Source: a virus
Lineage: Duplodnaviria; Caudoviricetes
Direction: 5' to 3' (one strand)
Length of the DNA: 51,665 nucleotides
Virus record (IMG/VR): IMGVR_UViG_3300028610_002655
Coordinates: 1-51,665 of that record
Shown here: in pieces, positions 1 through 9,696 of the stretch
Layout: each line of letters opens with the position of its first letter
How positions within the stretch are numbered: the first letter of the stretch is position 1
The notes under the pieces: generated by a model
Databases searched by the model: none
The model's input: the letters and a program-made list of their open reading frames with translations, nothing else
Told to the model about the DNA's origin: nothing
Position numbers and translations under genes: made by a program

Positions 1-144
1 AGAATGCACTTGAGAACCAAAATTGTCTTGAAAAGTGTGCCATCATTGTGTGATATTCAATACCTAAACATTCAAGCTCTATTGTTGTACCTTCATCTTT
101 GTCACTTGCAGGTAAAATTTTTTGAATTTCGTAAAATCTTATGT
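1..144. repeat. Terminal direct repeat, left copy (circular assembly overlap)
   Basis: Bases 1-144 are identical to 51522-51665. Confidence 0.97.
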
Positions 145-394
145 ACGGATTTCCCTCAAGATCATCTAATGTAATTCCAATCCTATCAAATTCATCAACT
201 GATTTAGGATCTGTAGTTGTTATTCTTCGTCCATAAGGTGCTTTGAGAGTCAATCTTAGACTATTAACTTCACCACTTCCAACATCGGTGAACAATGGTA
301 ATCCAATAACATCTTTTGTGATATTCGTACTTGCGATATAATTTACAGTTGCATCATATAGTATTACTGAAAAATTAGTAAAATTAGAGGGCAT
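1..394 (-). CDS. N-terminal part of the baseplate hub / central tail protein (continues 51521->48973; about 980 aa in total)
   Basis: Manual translation from ATG 394 (MPSNFTNFSVILYDA...ELECLGIEYHT) is stop-free and joins MMAHFSRQ of the 864-aa ORF; the ATG overlaps the 3' end of the upstream gene (384-866). Confidence 0.88.
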   Translation of the reverse strand, partial: MPSNFTNFSVILYDATVNYIASTNITKDVIGLPLFTDVGSGEVNSLRLTLKAPYGRRITTTDPKSVDEFDRIGITLDDLEGNPYIRFYEIQKILPASDKDEGTTIELECLGIEYHTMMAHFSRQFWFSSAF

Positions 395-866
395 TTTTTA
401 CATCACCGCCTAGTCTTAGAGTAATGGTAAATCCTACAATCTTTTTTTTCTCATATAATATTTCAAGTGTAGGATTTGCAATCTGATATCCAAAAGTTGT
501 AGTTGGTTCTACATTGAAATCAGTTGGAAAATCAAGTTCTAATCCAAACCTGCCAGGTTGAAAACCATCTGCAAATTTTGCTTCTTTCCACCACTTTACA
601 ATTTTAGAAATTCCTGTTTGAACATTTTGAAATTGACCTATAATTTTAATATCAATACCATCAGCTCCCATATCTTCAATGTCATTTTCATCTCCCTCAA
701 GTGCAGTATTTTCAGGAATTGAATTTCTCATTGTAATGTTTGTTGAAAAAAGATCACTACTACTGCCTACATTTGTCAGGTTAAACTTTACAGTGTTTGA
801 ATCTCCGGCTGTTTGCTGGGATCCATCAGCAGCTCCATCTTGTACTTGCCAAATCTGATTAACCAA
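384..866 (-). CDS. Putative distal tail / baseplate protein (probable TTG start at 866)
   Basis: Lies between the tape-measure-like gene and the hub; beta-rich; the TTG overlaps the upstream stop. Confidence 0.5.
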   Translation of the reverse strand: MVNQIWQVQDGAADGSQQTAGDSNTVKFNLTNVGSSSDLFSTNITMRNSIPENTALEGDENDIEDMGADGIDIKIIGQFQNVQTGISKIVKWWKEAKFADGFQPGRFGLELDFPTDFNVEPTTTFGYQIANPTLEILYEKKKIVGFTITLRLGGDVKNAL

Positions 867-1620
867 ATCTACTATTTCTCCTGTTTGCAAATTTACTTGC
901 ACGACTTGAGCTTTGAGATTCTATTACTGGTGCAATTACACGTCTAGGATCTAGTCTATTCATTGGAATTGCAGTTGGGTTATACAGATTACCTGATATT
1001 TGTCCTCTTAATTCTGAACCTCTTAGAAAGGGAATGGTAGTTATTACAACTGTTCTAAATCCTTGTCTTAATTCTGCTTGTTCTTCTCTACTGTTAAATA
1101 ATAAAATTTCATCTTTTGCAATTCTTTTAAATCGTCTATCAAGTAATCTTCCAGGCTTTAATAATTCTGAGATAATAAATTGTACAGCTGCAAAGATAAC
1201 TGTTGCAAGTGCAACTATACCTGCACCTTTTGCAAATTTTTTAAAAAAAGTGGAAAATAAAAACTTGAATGGATCTTTAGAAAATGTTTGTAAATTAGAA
1301 ACTTGAGTTCTTGTAAGGGATTCCATTGTTCCAAATGGTGATTTTTTTAGATTGTCTAGTGTCTCTGTTAGTTTAGTAACTTTTCTATCAACTTCAGGTG
1401 TTATATTTTTGTCTTTAGATAAAATATCAGATGTTTTTAACTCTGTTTTTTTTAGATCAATCTCTTCGTCTACTATTGTACGTATTTCAGTCTCTAAATC
1501 GGGATTTTCTATTTCAGATATTGCAGTTACAGTATTGGTATGTTCAGGTGAAGCTGAAGAAATTTTAACACTTTTTAATGCTACTTCAATAATACGATTA
1601 ATAGTATCAGATAAAGCCAT
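859..1620 (-). CDS. Short tape-measure-like or ejection protein with a hydrophobic segment
   Basis: Directly after the tail tube; helical; hydrophobic stretch GAGIVALATVIFAAVQFII. Confidence 0.45.
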   Translation of the reverse strand: MALSDTINRIIEVALKSVKISSASPEHTNTVTAISEIENPDLETEIRTIVDEEIDLKKTELKTSDILSKDKNITPEVDRKVTKLTETLDNLKKSPFGTMESLTRTQVSNLQTFSKDPFKFLFSTFFKKFAKGAGIVALATVIFAAVQFIISELLKPGRLLDRRFKRIAKDEILLFNSREEQAELRQGFRTVVITTIPFLRGSELRGQISGNLYNPTAIPMNRLDPRRVIAPVIESQSSSRASKFANRRNSRFG

Positions 1621-2295
1621 TTACGCATCCACGGGGTGTACTGCATCATCTGTAATGATCAAAGTGCCAACAATTTTGATTCTTCCTTCACTACCTTCTA
1701 ATGGCTCAATTGATACATCACTTAATTCTGCATTAAAAGCAAATGCCACCGGACTTGAAACTTCAGTTATACTAACAGTGGGTGTGGTAGAATATCCACT
1801 TCCCTTATCAATTACAATAATCTTGATTACTTTACCCTCAGATACTATACCGACTGCTTTTGCAATAGTATCAGGAGATCCTCCAGTAAAAGTGACAAGT
1901 ACACTTGTATAATTACTTCCTTGATTACTTAATGCAACTCCTGTTACTTCATTATCTGATACTGTTGCAGAAGCTGCTGCATTAGCACCAGTTCCTGAAA
2001 ATGGATTTGATGCCATCTCTAACGTATATGGTAGATTTGTCAAAAATCCATTCTCGTCTCTGGCATTTAGATTTGCCCAGTTTACAGTCTTTGTAATATC
2101 TGCCTCCAGCTCTATAGGAACTGAATGGTCTCCTGCACCAAACGTATTAACTGGTCCTATCTCTATTGCGTCTCTAAATCTAGTTCTAGATATATCAAGT
2201 GTTAATTTATTTTTTAAAATGTATCTATCAGTACCTTGTTTTAGAATCCACTTTGCATTAATTATAATATTTTCAGGATTGCCTTGATTTGTCAT
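1621..2295 (-). CDS. Major tail tube protein with an inserted beta domain
   Basis: Follows the terminator-like gene; tube-like beta pattern; insertion with two GSxY motifs (NQGSNYT, DKGSGYS) common in phage tail proteins. Confidence 0.6.
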   Translation of the reverse strand: MTNQGNPENIIINAKWILKQGTDRYILKNKLTLDISRTRFRDAIEIGPVNTFGAGDHSVPIELEADITKTVNWANLNARDENGFLTNLPYTLEMASNPFSGTGANAAASATVSDNEVTGVALSNQGSNYTSVLVTFTGGSPDTIAKAVGIVSEGKVIKIIVIDKGSGYSTTPTVSITEVSSPVAFAFNAELSDVSIEPLEGSEGRIKIVGTLIITDDAVHPVDA

Positions 2296-2326
2296 AAATT
2301 TATTTCGTGTTTAAATTTTATTAGAA

Positions 2327-2830
2327 TTATTTTGAGATTATTGTTAAATTTAGAGTGATGGTCCTGCCTTGATCTGGATGTCCTTTTTTGGCAGTAAACA
2401 ACAAAGAATCAACACGTTCTATGAAACTTTTCAGGCATATTGGATCATCAGTAGTATTAGGAGTAAATAGTTGAAAATTATTTTCTATTGCAGTAGATAT
2501 TGCCAATTCTATATCATCTAATTGTTTCTCAGAATTTACTGGTTTATCTTTTGTTTTTGATACAAAATTTATCAAATATCTTACAGTATTCTCAAAATAT
2601 GATTGTTCATTGTTTTGTACTATACCTTTTGGTTTTTTTGTAAGTATTGGATTACCATTAATTACATATGCAAATGGAGCAAAGTCTGAACCACTAGAAA
2701 ATTTTGGTACTCTTTGCCCAACATATATCTCACGAAGTTTACCTACGGTTTTTCCTAAATCAAATACATTAGTATCAGCCTTTAAAATATCTACAATTCT
2801 TTGTTTGTTTTTATTATGATCAGTTGCCAA
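2327..2830 (-). CDS. Putative tail terminator / completion protein
   Basis: Size and position just upstream of the tube; helix-strand pattern. Confidence 0.55.
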   Translation of the reverse strand: MATDHNKNKQRIVDILKADTNVFDLGKTVGKLREIYVGQRVPKFSSGSDFAPFAYVINGNPILTKKPKGIVQNNEQSYFENTVRYLINFVSKTKDKPVNSEKQLDDIELAISTAIENNFQLFTPNTTDDPICLKSFIERVDSLLFTAKKGHPDQGRTITLNLTIISK

Positions 2831-3160
2831 CTATTTCACCCAAAAAACAAATCTTTCGGATGTTTGAAACTCATCATTGTTATTTAGTTTCACTTTTCCT
2901 GCATATTCCCAATTAGCAACCAAATCTAAAATTGATTCTGTTTCAGGATCTGTGTTTGTATATGTGATGAAAAAATTTGCACTGGATGGAGGATTCTCTA
3001 CTAATGTTGCGGTTTTTTCAAATCTTGTTCCATCTGGTTTGTAAAATACAATAAATTGCTCTGCAACATCTACAATATCAAAATCAGTATCAGATATACA
3101 ATCTAAAAGTTTTACTTGAAACTGTGCACCAAAGTGATTTAATGCAAAAGTTGTTGCCAT
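2831..3160 (-). CDS. BppU-like N-terminal-domain virion protein
   Basis: Motif FYKPDG...W.Y.G.V...F.V resembles BppU-type adaptor domains. Confidence 0.5.
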   Translation of the reverse strand: MATTFALNHFGAQFQVKLLDCISDTDFDIVDVAEQFIVFYKPDGTRFEKTATLVENPPSSANFFITYTNTDPETESILDLVANWEYAGKVKLNNNDEFQTSERFVFWVK

Positions 3161-3179
3161 GATATTACATACCCCTCGC

Positions 3180-3290
3180 TTATTTAGTAACTACACATAG
3201 TTCTGCAGCTACTCTCTTTGTTGGAACTTTTTTAACAAACGTTGCTTCTCCTGCAAAGTTTGATCCAAAATTAGTACCAAATCCTCCCAT
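3180..3290 (-). CDS. 36-aa microprotein MGGFGTNFGSNFAG...AELCVVTK (not in the ORF track)
   Basis: Manual translation; start overlaps the stop of the 709-aa gene and the ORF fills the gap. Confidence 0.6.
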   Translation of the reverse strand: MGGFGTNFGSNFAGEATFVKKVPTKRVAAELCVVTK

Positions 3291-5419
3291 CATGCACTCG
3301 CCTGTAATCCCAGAGAAGCTAATTGTGCTAAAATAGAATTAATTGCAGTTCTTGCTTCTGCATCTACTGTTGCGCCACCTGCAGGATCTGCAATATGTGC
3401 AGGTTGAACTATAGGTGTTGCATTCCAAAATCCAAGTTTTTGTGTTGTACTAGTTGCAATTTTTGTTCCAGTTGTAGTTCCTATAGATATGTTATTTGCA
3501 TCACCTATTGTGAATAGTACATTACTAAATTCGTATTCTTCTACACCATTAACACCAATTCTAAGAGATTCATTAGTTGGCATATTCATTCTTAATGAAT
3601 TACTATTAGCCCAAATTGCAATGTCACTTGCATCTGGAGTTGAATTTGTACCAGCAAATCTTATCTGATCTAGATTAATTAAATTATTTCCCTTCAAATC
3701 TAATCCGTTTGTGTTGTCAAGTAACATTTCAGAAGCTCCAACAATGAACCATTCATGTGTGTCTCCAGTTTCTGAAACTTTGTATTCAAGTCCTCCAGTA
3801 TTGCCTTCTATTTCTTGAGATTCACTAACCCAGAATATAGATTGATTATTATCCAACTTTATTCCTGCTGCGCTTATCACTAAACCAGAACCACCCAGTA
3901 ACTCCAGATTATTTTGATCTAATCTCATTCGTAGAGTGCCATTCGTATTAACTTCAAAATTATCATTTGCCCCAACATTGATAACAACATTACCGCTTCC
4001 ATCTACACCAAGATAATTTTGGCTTATGGATGGTTCTGTTCCTGTTAGAGTTAGTTGAAATGCATTTACACCAATAAGATTATTTCCATTCATGTTTACA
4101 GGTTTTAGAATGTCAATATCGTCACCATCATTAGCATTAAATGCCATCCATAATTGATCAGTCGCACCTGTTTTTAATAATCTAAATTTAAGACCACCAG
4201 AAGGATTTGCTATACTGTCATCTTCGGTAATTGCATCAATACTTGCAATTGAAAGTTTAGTGCCATTATCATCTTCACTATGAAAATTAATAGAAGCAGA
4301 TATGACATTATTACCTGGATTATTCGTATCATTATATAATTCTAAAATTGGTACCCCTGTTTTTTGCATTGAGATATCCCCAACATTATCTAAATCATTT
4401 CCATTCATGTTTAGAATCTGAGTTTGATCACCTAATCCAGTAATTCCTGTAAATACACCTTGTCTGTTCTTCCACTTAGAACCAGTAGTATCAAATTCTA
4501 ATAGATCATTATCGGCAACTGCAGTAATTACAACATCAGATAAATCATCTAGTACAGTAGTTAATCCTAGAAAATTAGCTTCAGCAAAAGCTTTAGTTAC
4601 AACATCTTGAGCTAAAATTGGGTCTACAACATTACTAATTTTTTTACTATGATTATCTGTAAATGCGTCACTTACAGTAAATTCAACTTGATCATTAATT
4701 AAAAGTTGATGAGTACCACCAATTACTACAAAATATTTCAAGTCTAGTGCAACATGGTCTATTAGTGTAGATACATTATCAAATTGAATATGTCCACCTT
4801 GAAGATGTAAATCATTTCCATGAATTTGTGTTACTCCCTCTTTAACGGTAAATGTTGTTACTGAATTAATCTTATAAAGAAATTGACCGCCAGCAACAAC
4901 ATCAGAAATAAGATTTGCTGCTCCTTGTGATATTGTTGTATTTGCATCATCAAATTGAATTAATCCAGTATTAAGATCTAAAATATTTCCATGTATGTCT
5001 GTTGTAGTTCCTGTAACAGTAAATTTGGGTGATGAATCAATAATGAAAGAAAATTGTCCACCAACAGCAACATCAATTTGAAGACCTAAACCCACCTGAG
5101 ATATTGTTGTATTTGCATCAGCAAATTGAATTAATCCAGTACCACTAACAATTAACTTATTACTATTTGTATCATGGTTAGCACTCCATGTAAGAACTTC
5201 ACCACCATTCACTATTGCACTTTGTGGAATAAAATTAGGAGAATTATCTCCTGAGACATAATCAATTAGTTGATCTACATTATCTATTGTTTCATTAGTA
5301 GTCTTTGTAGTAACTAAAATTGTACCATTTGGAATTGTTATAGGAGAAACTACTGTATCAGTAGCTGGTGGAGTAGGATCTTTTGTGACTCCTTTATTTA
5401 GTCCTGGTAGTGTTGCCAA
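3290..5419 (-). CDS. Fibre protein with three 57-aa repeats
   Basis: GLIQFxDANTTISQ repeats 171 nt apart; DPxxAQDxxTK and LDDLSDV fibre motifs; fibre-type C-terminus. Confidence 0.75.
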   Translation of the reverse strand: MATLPGLNKGVTKDPTPPATDTVVSPITIPNGTILVTTKTTNETIDNVDQLIDYVSGDNSPNFIPQSAIVNGGEVLTWSANHDTNSNKLIVSGTGLIQFADANTTISQVGLGLQIDVAVGGQFSFIIDSSPKFTVTGTTTDIHGNILDLNTGLIQFDDANTTISQGAANLISDVVAGGQFLYKINSVTTFTVKEGVTQIHGNDLHLQGGHIQFDNVSTLIDHVALDLKYFVVIGGTHQLLINDQVEFTVSDAFTDNHSKKISNVVDPILAQDVVTKAFAEANFLGLTTVLDDLSDVVITAVADNDLLEFDTTGSKWKNRQGVFTGITGLGDQTQILNMNGNDLDNVGDISMQKTGVPILELYNDTNNPGNNVISASINFHSEDDNGTKLSIASIDAITEDDSIANPSGGLKFRLLKTGATDQLWMAFNANDGDDIDILKPVNMNGNNLIGVNAFQLTLTGTEPSISQNYLGVDGSGNVVINVGANDNFEVNTNGTLRMRLDQNNLELLGGSGLVISAAGIKLDNNQSIFWVSESQEIEGNTGGLEYKVSETGDTHEWFIVGASEMLLDNTNGLDLKGNNLINLDQIRFAGTNSTPDASDIAIWANSNSLRMNMPTNESLRIGVNGVEEYEFSNVLFTIGDANNISIGTTTGTKIATSTTQKLGFWNATPIVQPAHIADPAGGATVDAEARTAINSILAQLASLGLQASA

Positions 5420-5477
5420 TAAAATTAATTTGTTAATATGACTTTTGAGAAGTGTTTGATTTTAATTTAAAAAAAGG

Positions 5478-6089
5478 TTATGGGTTTTGACCCAAATTAT
5501 ATTGAATGTATGCAGTTGCATTTACATTGTTGTGATAGGCGTGGACAATATAGGTTCCATTTGTGAGCCATCTATGATTTGGTTCTATTGAAAGTGAAGA
5601 ATATCTGTTATTTTGTTCAATTAGAAAATCCTCATACTGAACATGTGTACCAGTTGGATTATGGATTTCAAAATCCACCCAATTTTGAACCATCATATTG
5701 GCAGTTCCATAGATTCTAAAGTTTTCACCTTTACTAATTGATGTAGGATATACATTCACAGTAAACGGTAAATCTTGTGCTGGTATTGTACCATCTAAGA
5801 CATCTAGTCTGTATTGTAAATCTGATATTTTAGTTGCTGTATTATTTAGATCAGCTTCTATGTTTGTTGTTATATCAAAGAGAGTAGCAATATTATGCCA
5901 CATCTTGTAAATATCTACAAAACAAGCATATTCTGCATTCTGCCATTTCTCATCGTTGAGTTTGTTTTCACAGGTAATATACCAGTTCTCTTCAGTGGGC
6001 TGCCTTACTGCATACGCATTTGGTATAATGATTGTCAAAATCAGTAAACCAGCCAATGCTATTATTATTTTATTTGTCATATTATTCAA
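5478..6089 (-). CDS. Secreted or membrane protein with coiled coil and Ig-like C-terminal domain
   Basis: Signal peptide ending AYA; heptad segment; beta-sandwich pattern; several NxT sequons. Confidence 0.6.
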   Translation of the reverse strand: MNNMTNKIIIALAGLLILTIIIPNAYAVRQPTEENWYITCENKLNDEKWQNAEYACFVDIYKMWHNIATLFDITTNIEADLNNTATKISDLQYRLDVLDGTIPAQDLPFTVNVYPTSISKGENFRIYGTANMMVQNWVDFEIHNPTGTHVQYEDFLIEQNNRYSSLSIEPNHRWLTNGTYIVHAYHNNVNATAYIQYNLGQNP

Positions 6090-6093
6090 ATCA

Positions 6094-7611
6094 TTAATCT
6101 GGTAATAGGATGCTCATATTTGTCTGATAAACATCAATATCTGCTGTACCATTATAATTAATCACTGCAACTTGTATAACATCATCTGTTGTTAGTTCTA
6201 CAATATCTGTTCGGGTAAGTGGAGTGATAGTTGTTGTAAATGCTCTAGGAGGGTTTACACCAACTATTCCACCATTTTTTAATAGTACAATTCCTATATC
6301 TACGCCACCACCACCAGATCTGTTTATTGTTGCACTATACGTTATAGCATAACGTCTTGCAGATAAAACATTTGCAATTAATCTTCCCTGGTTTGGAGTT
6401 ACAGTATCTTCTGTGAATCTTTCTAGATTGTTAGTTACCCATCCAACATCAGATATTACTTCTGGTACATCTTGTGTATTGATTGTTACAGTTATTGGAG
6501 AAGCTAGCTGTAGTGATGCACTACCAGTAGTCATACTATTTTGTTGTCCTGGATTGTCTTTTGCAGTTACTAGAATATCTGTACTAGCCAAGGAGGATTT
6601 ATTCATATTACCAGTATCTGTTGCAACAAATGCAATATCAACATCAAATTCTGTAGCAGAAGCTGGAACACCTAATACAAGTCCTGTTTGGTTGTAACTT
6701 GTTTGAGTAACAAATCCTGATATTACTACAGGTATATGTTCTGATAATCCATGCGGACTTGCAGTAGTAAATCTGCATTTACCAGATCCATTATCTGCAA
6801 CGCTATTAATTGCAATATCTGTTCCAGCTTGGAATAAATCAGTAAAGAATCCTGTAGTTTTTTCTATAACATATGCAGCACCAGCACTAGAATTAGGATC
6901 AAGAAATAGTACAGATGATGCAGTATCATTAACAAAACAATTCGACATGGTAAATGCTGAAGTGCCACTAGATAGAATTGTAATAAAAGTTAGAGCAGGA
7001 GCAGATGGTGACTGGTTAAGATTAAAACCATTAAAAATTCCGTTTATTAGGTTTTTTATTATTAATCCTGAGTTTACTCCCTGTAATGCTGTAAATCGAA
7101 AATCCAAAAATGGAGAAGCTATAGTTCCTGTCTTATCAAAAGAATTGAAAATTACATCTTCCATAATTACAACAAAGGCTGTTGCAATATCAAATATGTC
7201 GTTAGAGTTCTGTCCGTCAATATCGATGTTATGAATATTTAATGTTAGAATGGGATTAGATAAATTTTCATTTTGGAATATTGCCCCTAATCCCTGATAG
7301 GTAATTCTTATCTCAACAGTAGAGCCATAAAGTTCTAGAGAAGAATTATTACCAATCATTATTGGTTTAGTTAATGTAAATGAACCATCAATTACGATAG
7401 TCCAACTCTCACCAGCAGGAATTAATATACCTGTACCAAATTTTGCTTCTAATTGTGTTTGCGATGTTACATTAATTTGGAATGGTGGATTTGGTCTGAC
7501 TCTTCCTCTAAATGTAGTACCATCTTGTGATATTGCAACTTGTGCATCAGGGGTTTGTGTATTAGTTACATCAGATAGATCGGAGATTTTTACTCCAGGT
7601 GGTAAACTCAT
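6094..7611 (-). CDS. Fibre/spike protein (beta-helix plus C1q/BclA-like head)
   Basis: Beta-helix-like periodicity; TTASPHGL...VVISG module; C-terminal DIVELTTDDVIQVAV motif. Confidence 0.6.
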   Translation of the reverse strand: MSLPPGVKISDLSDVTNTQTPDAQVAISQDGTTFRGRVRPNPPFQINVTSQTQLEAKFGTGILIPAGESWTIVIDGSFTLTKPIMIGNNSSLELYGSTVEIRITYQGLGAIFQNENLSNPILTLNIHNIDIDGQNSNDIFDIATAFVVIMEDVIFNSFDKTGTIASPFLDFRFTALQGVNSGLIIKNLINGIFNGFNLNQSPSAPALTFITILSSGTSAFTMSNCFVNDTASSVLFLDPNSSAGAAYVIEKTTGFFTDLFQAGTDIAINSVADNGSGKCRFTTASPHGLSEHIPVVISGFVTQTSYNQTGLVLGVPASATEFDVDIAFVATDTGNMNKSSLASTDILVTAKDNPGQQNSMTTGSASLQLASPITVTINTQDVPEVISDVGWVTNNLERFTEDTVTPNQGRLIANVLSARRYAITYSATINRSGGGGVDIGIVLLKNGGIVGVNPPRAFTTTITPLTRTDIVELTTDDVIQVAVINYNGTADIDVYQTNMSILLPD

Positions 7612-8615
7612 GCTTCAGTCACCAATGCTATATCATCTTCAGTTGTTATGATGTTTAGTGAATCTTCAGTTAAGAATGCAACACTCTTCCAATAATTCAT
7701 TATTGCATTAGATATTGTAAACAAATTTACTTGTTGGTCAGTATCATAGAATACTAATTCTTGGTATTGATAACTAGCAAAAGGTCCAGATGTTGGACCA
7801 GTAGCACCTACAGATATTTCACTTAAGACAGTTGATGTAGAGCCTTGTGTTCTTTGTGCAATTTGTATGCTATCTTCTAATATTCTTTGATTGTCTGTTC
7901 CAGCAGTTTTACTAAATGCATAAACATGGTGCAATGTATCGTTAAATCCTAGTGGTGATGTTAGTCTATTTGAACCAGAAGGACCTGCATCCCAGATTAT
8001 CATATTTGCGTTACTTATTCGAACAAAAACATGGTTAGGATCATCTGGTGAATTTAGATTGAAAAGGTCTGTATTATTACCTATATCCACTTTATTTCCA
8101 ACAGTAAAAATAAAGAGGTGAGATGCGGGGGTTGGTAATGAAAGTGTTGAAAGTAACACATCATTTGACGCATCAAATTTCATAGCTACGACATTGTTAC
8201 TTTTTTGTAATACTCCTGCAATTATTATTAATGGTAATTTTGTATTATCTGCATTATCATCAAGATCAATTCCGTTACCTGACTGGTCATACCAAATTTT
8301 TACTTGTCCATCTGATGCGCCAACAAAGGATGTTAAAGATACTAAATCAAGATTTCCATCAGCTAAAAATCCAATATCTTGTTCTGTTCCATCTGATGTT
8401 CTTCTTACTCTGATTGCAGGGCCAGTATATGCACTTCTTAATTGTCTTAGAGAATATGCTATTTCAGCACCTGGAAATGAATCTAAAAGAAGATCTAACG
8501 GTGCCAAGTCCATACCTTGAGGTGGTAAAATGAATGTAATAGAAAAACCGCCTTCGATTCTTAGTTGCTCAGAATCATCTCGCGTTTGTGGTGGTTCTGC
8601 AAAAAAACGTGGTAT
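7608..8615 (-). CDS. Concanavalin/arabinofuranosidase-B-like lectin-fold virion protein (frame open upstream of ATG 8513 to ATA 8615)
   Basis: AYSLRQLRSAYTGPAIRVRR...EQDIGF...WYDQSGNG motif typical of this phage domain. Confidence 0.7.
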   Translation of the reverse strand: MPRFFAEPPQTRDDSEQLRIEGGFSITFILPPQGMDLAPLDLLLDSFPGAEIAYSLRQLRSAYTGPAIRVRRTSDGTEQDIGFLADGNLDLVSLTSFVGASDGQVKIWYDQSGNGIDLDDNADNTKLPLIIIAGVLQKSNNVVAMKFDASNDVLLSTLSLPTPASHLFIFTVGNKVDIGNNTDLFNLNSPDDPNHVFVRISNANMIIWDAGPSGSNRLTSPLGFNDTLHHVYAFSKTAGTDNQRILEDSIQIAQRTQGSTSTVLSEISVGATGPTSGPFASYQYQELVFYDTDQQVNLFTISNAIMNYWKSVAFLTEDSLNIITTEDDIALVTEA

Positions 8616-8953
8616 TACACTTCACCTACTAGAATGCGATTTAGTGTACCAGGTTGTTTAGCTCGGAAATTAACTTCAACCCCTGAAGTTACTCTGATGT
8701 ATCTACTTTGACCACCCATAACATCTTGTTCTTGATTAAATGCTACCCATGTTACTTGACCATCAAGTGAGAATTCTACAACAGAGACCACAGAATATGA
8801 AAAATCAACAACAATTGTAGTTCCTCTATTTGCATTAGATGTTAATACTGTAATGTCTTCTGCAAACCATACCTCATCTGCATTTTTTGAAACAGGAGTA
8901 GTTATCTGATCTCCTATTTTGAAAATATTAGAATCGATTGGAAAATCTACCAT
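8615..8953 (-). CDS. Small beta-sandwich virion protein
   Basis: Structural cluster; VEFSLDGQVTW motif; late-promoter motif upstream. Confidence 0.5.
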   Translation of the reverse strand: MVDFPIDSNIFKIGDQITTPVSKNADEVWFAEDITVLTSNANRGTTIVVDFSYSVVSVVEFSLDGQVTWVAFNQEQDVMGGQSRYIRVTSGVEVNFRAKQPGTLNRILVGEV

Positions 8954-8984
8954 AAATCATATTATTTCTAATCTTTTAAGAGAA

Positions 8985-9443
8985 CTATCCAAAGCGTTGT
9001 GACACAAACAAATCATTTTGTGTTGGTAATGGTACCTTGATATTTCTTGGATCAAATCTTGCAAGAACAGTTACTGTTCTATTATTTCTTAATGAAATTA
9101 ATTCTTGTATAAGACCACCAGCCATTGGGTATCCTTCAGTACCACCTTCTCCGTATAATTCAACATTATATTTTTCAAGATAGTTTTTTGATTTTGCAAT
9201 TAGCTCAATGTCTTCTGCCTGTAATGAACGAGCATATGCTAATGCTGCATGATGGCATCTAGAAAAATAAACAGAGCCTTCCTCTAGTGGTGTATCAATG
9301 TATCGTGATATTGCAGTCTGAACTTTTCCGTTTGCATCATTTACAAACTGCAAATAAGTATCATCATCTTGTGTATCAGTACTTTGTATCATCTTCTTGA
9401 AAAAATCAAGAGTTAGATACTGATCTATTGGCTGTACACTCAT
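8985..9443 (-). CDS. Head-tail adaptor (gp6/gp15-like)
   Basis: YLTLDFFKKMI...DDD...A...V...I..Y pattern; follows the capsid gene. Confidence 0.65.
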   Translation of the reverse strand: MSVQPIDQYLTLDFFKKMIQSTDTQDDDTYLQFVNDANGKVQTAISRYIDTPLEEGSVYFSRCHHAALAYARSLQAEDIELIAKSKNYLEKYNVELYGEGGTEGYPMAGGLIQELISLRNNRTVTVLARFDPRNIKVPLPTQNDLFVSQRFG

Positions 9444-9657
9444 GGTTTTGGTGGTGGGTAATTGAATCGTGCGTTATATTCTGCTTGCACTCTATCTAGA
9501 TTTTCATTAATTAGTGCTGCAGTTTCTTCATAATCATATTTTTCATATCGTAAATTATCATCCCCTAATGATTCAAGTACAGTTCCAGGCAGATCTCGTA
9601 AATCTTCACTTCTGTTTCTGAATTGACCGTAATTTATCCCAATAATGTTTCACCCAT
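9440..9657 (-). CDS. About 70-aa protein needing a -1 shift from ATG 9657 or an ATT start at 9643/9646
   Basis: Frame INYGQFRNRSEDLRDLPG...NYPPPKP* fills the gap and its TGA overlaps the adaptor ATG. Confidence 0.55.
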
Positions 9658-9696
9658 GAATACAATCTAGTAATTATAGACAAAAAGAAGTATATC

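Noticed and set aside
1-144. Biological terminal repeat of the packaged DNA
   Set aside because: It falls mid-gene and is more simply explained as assembler overlap on a circular or permuted genome.
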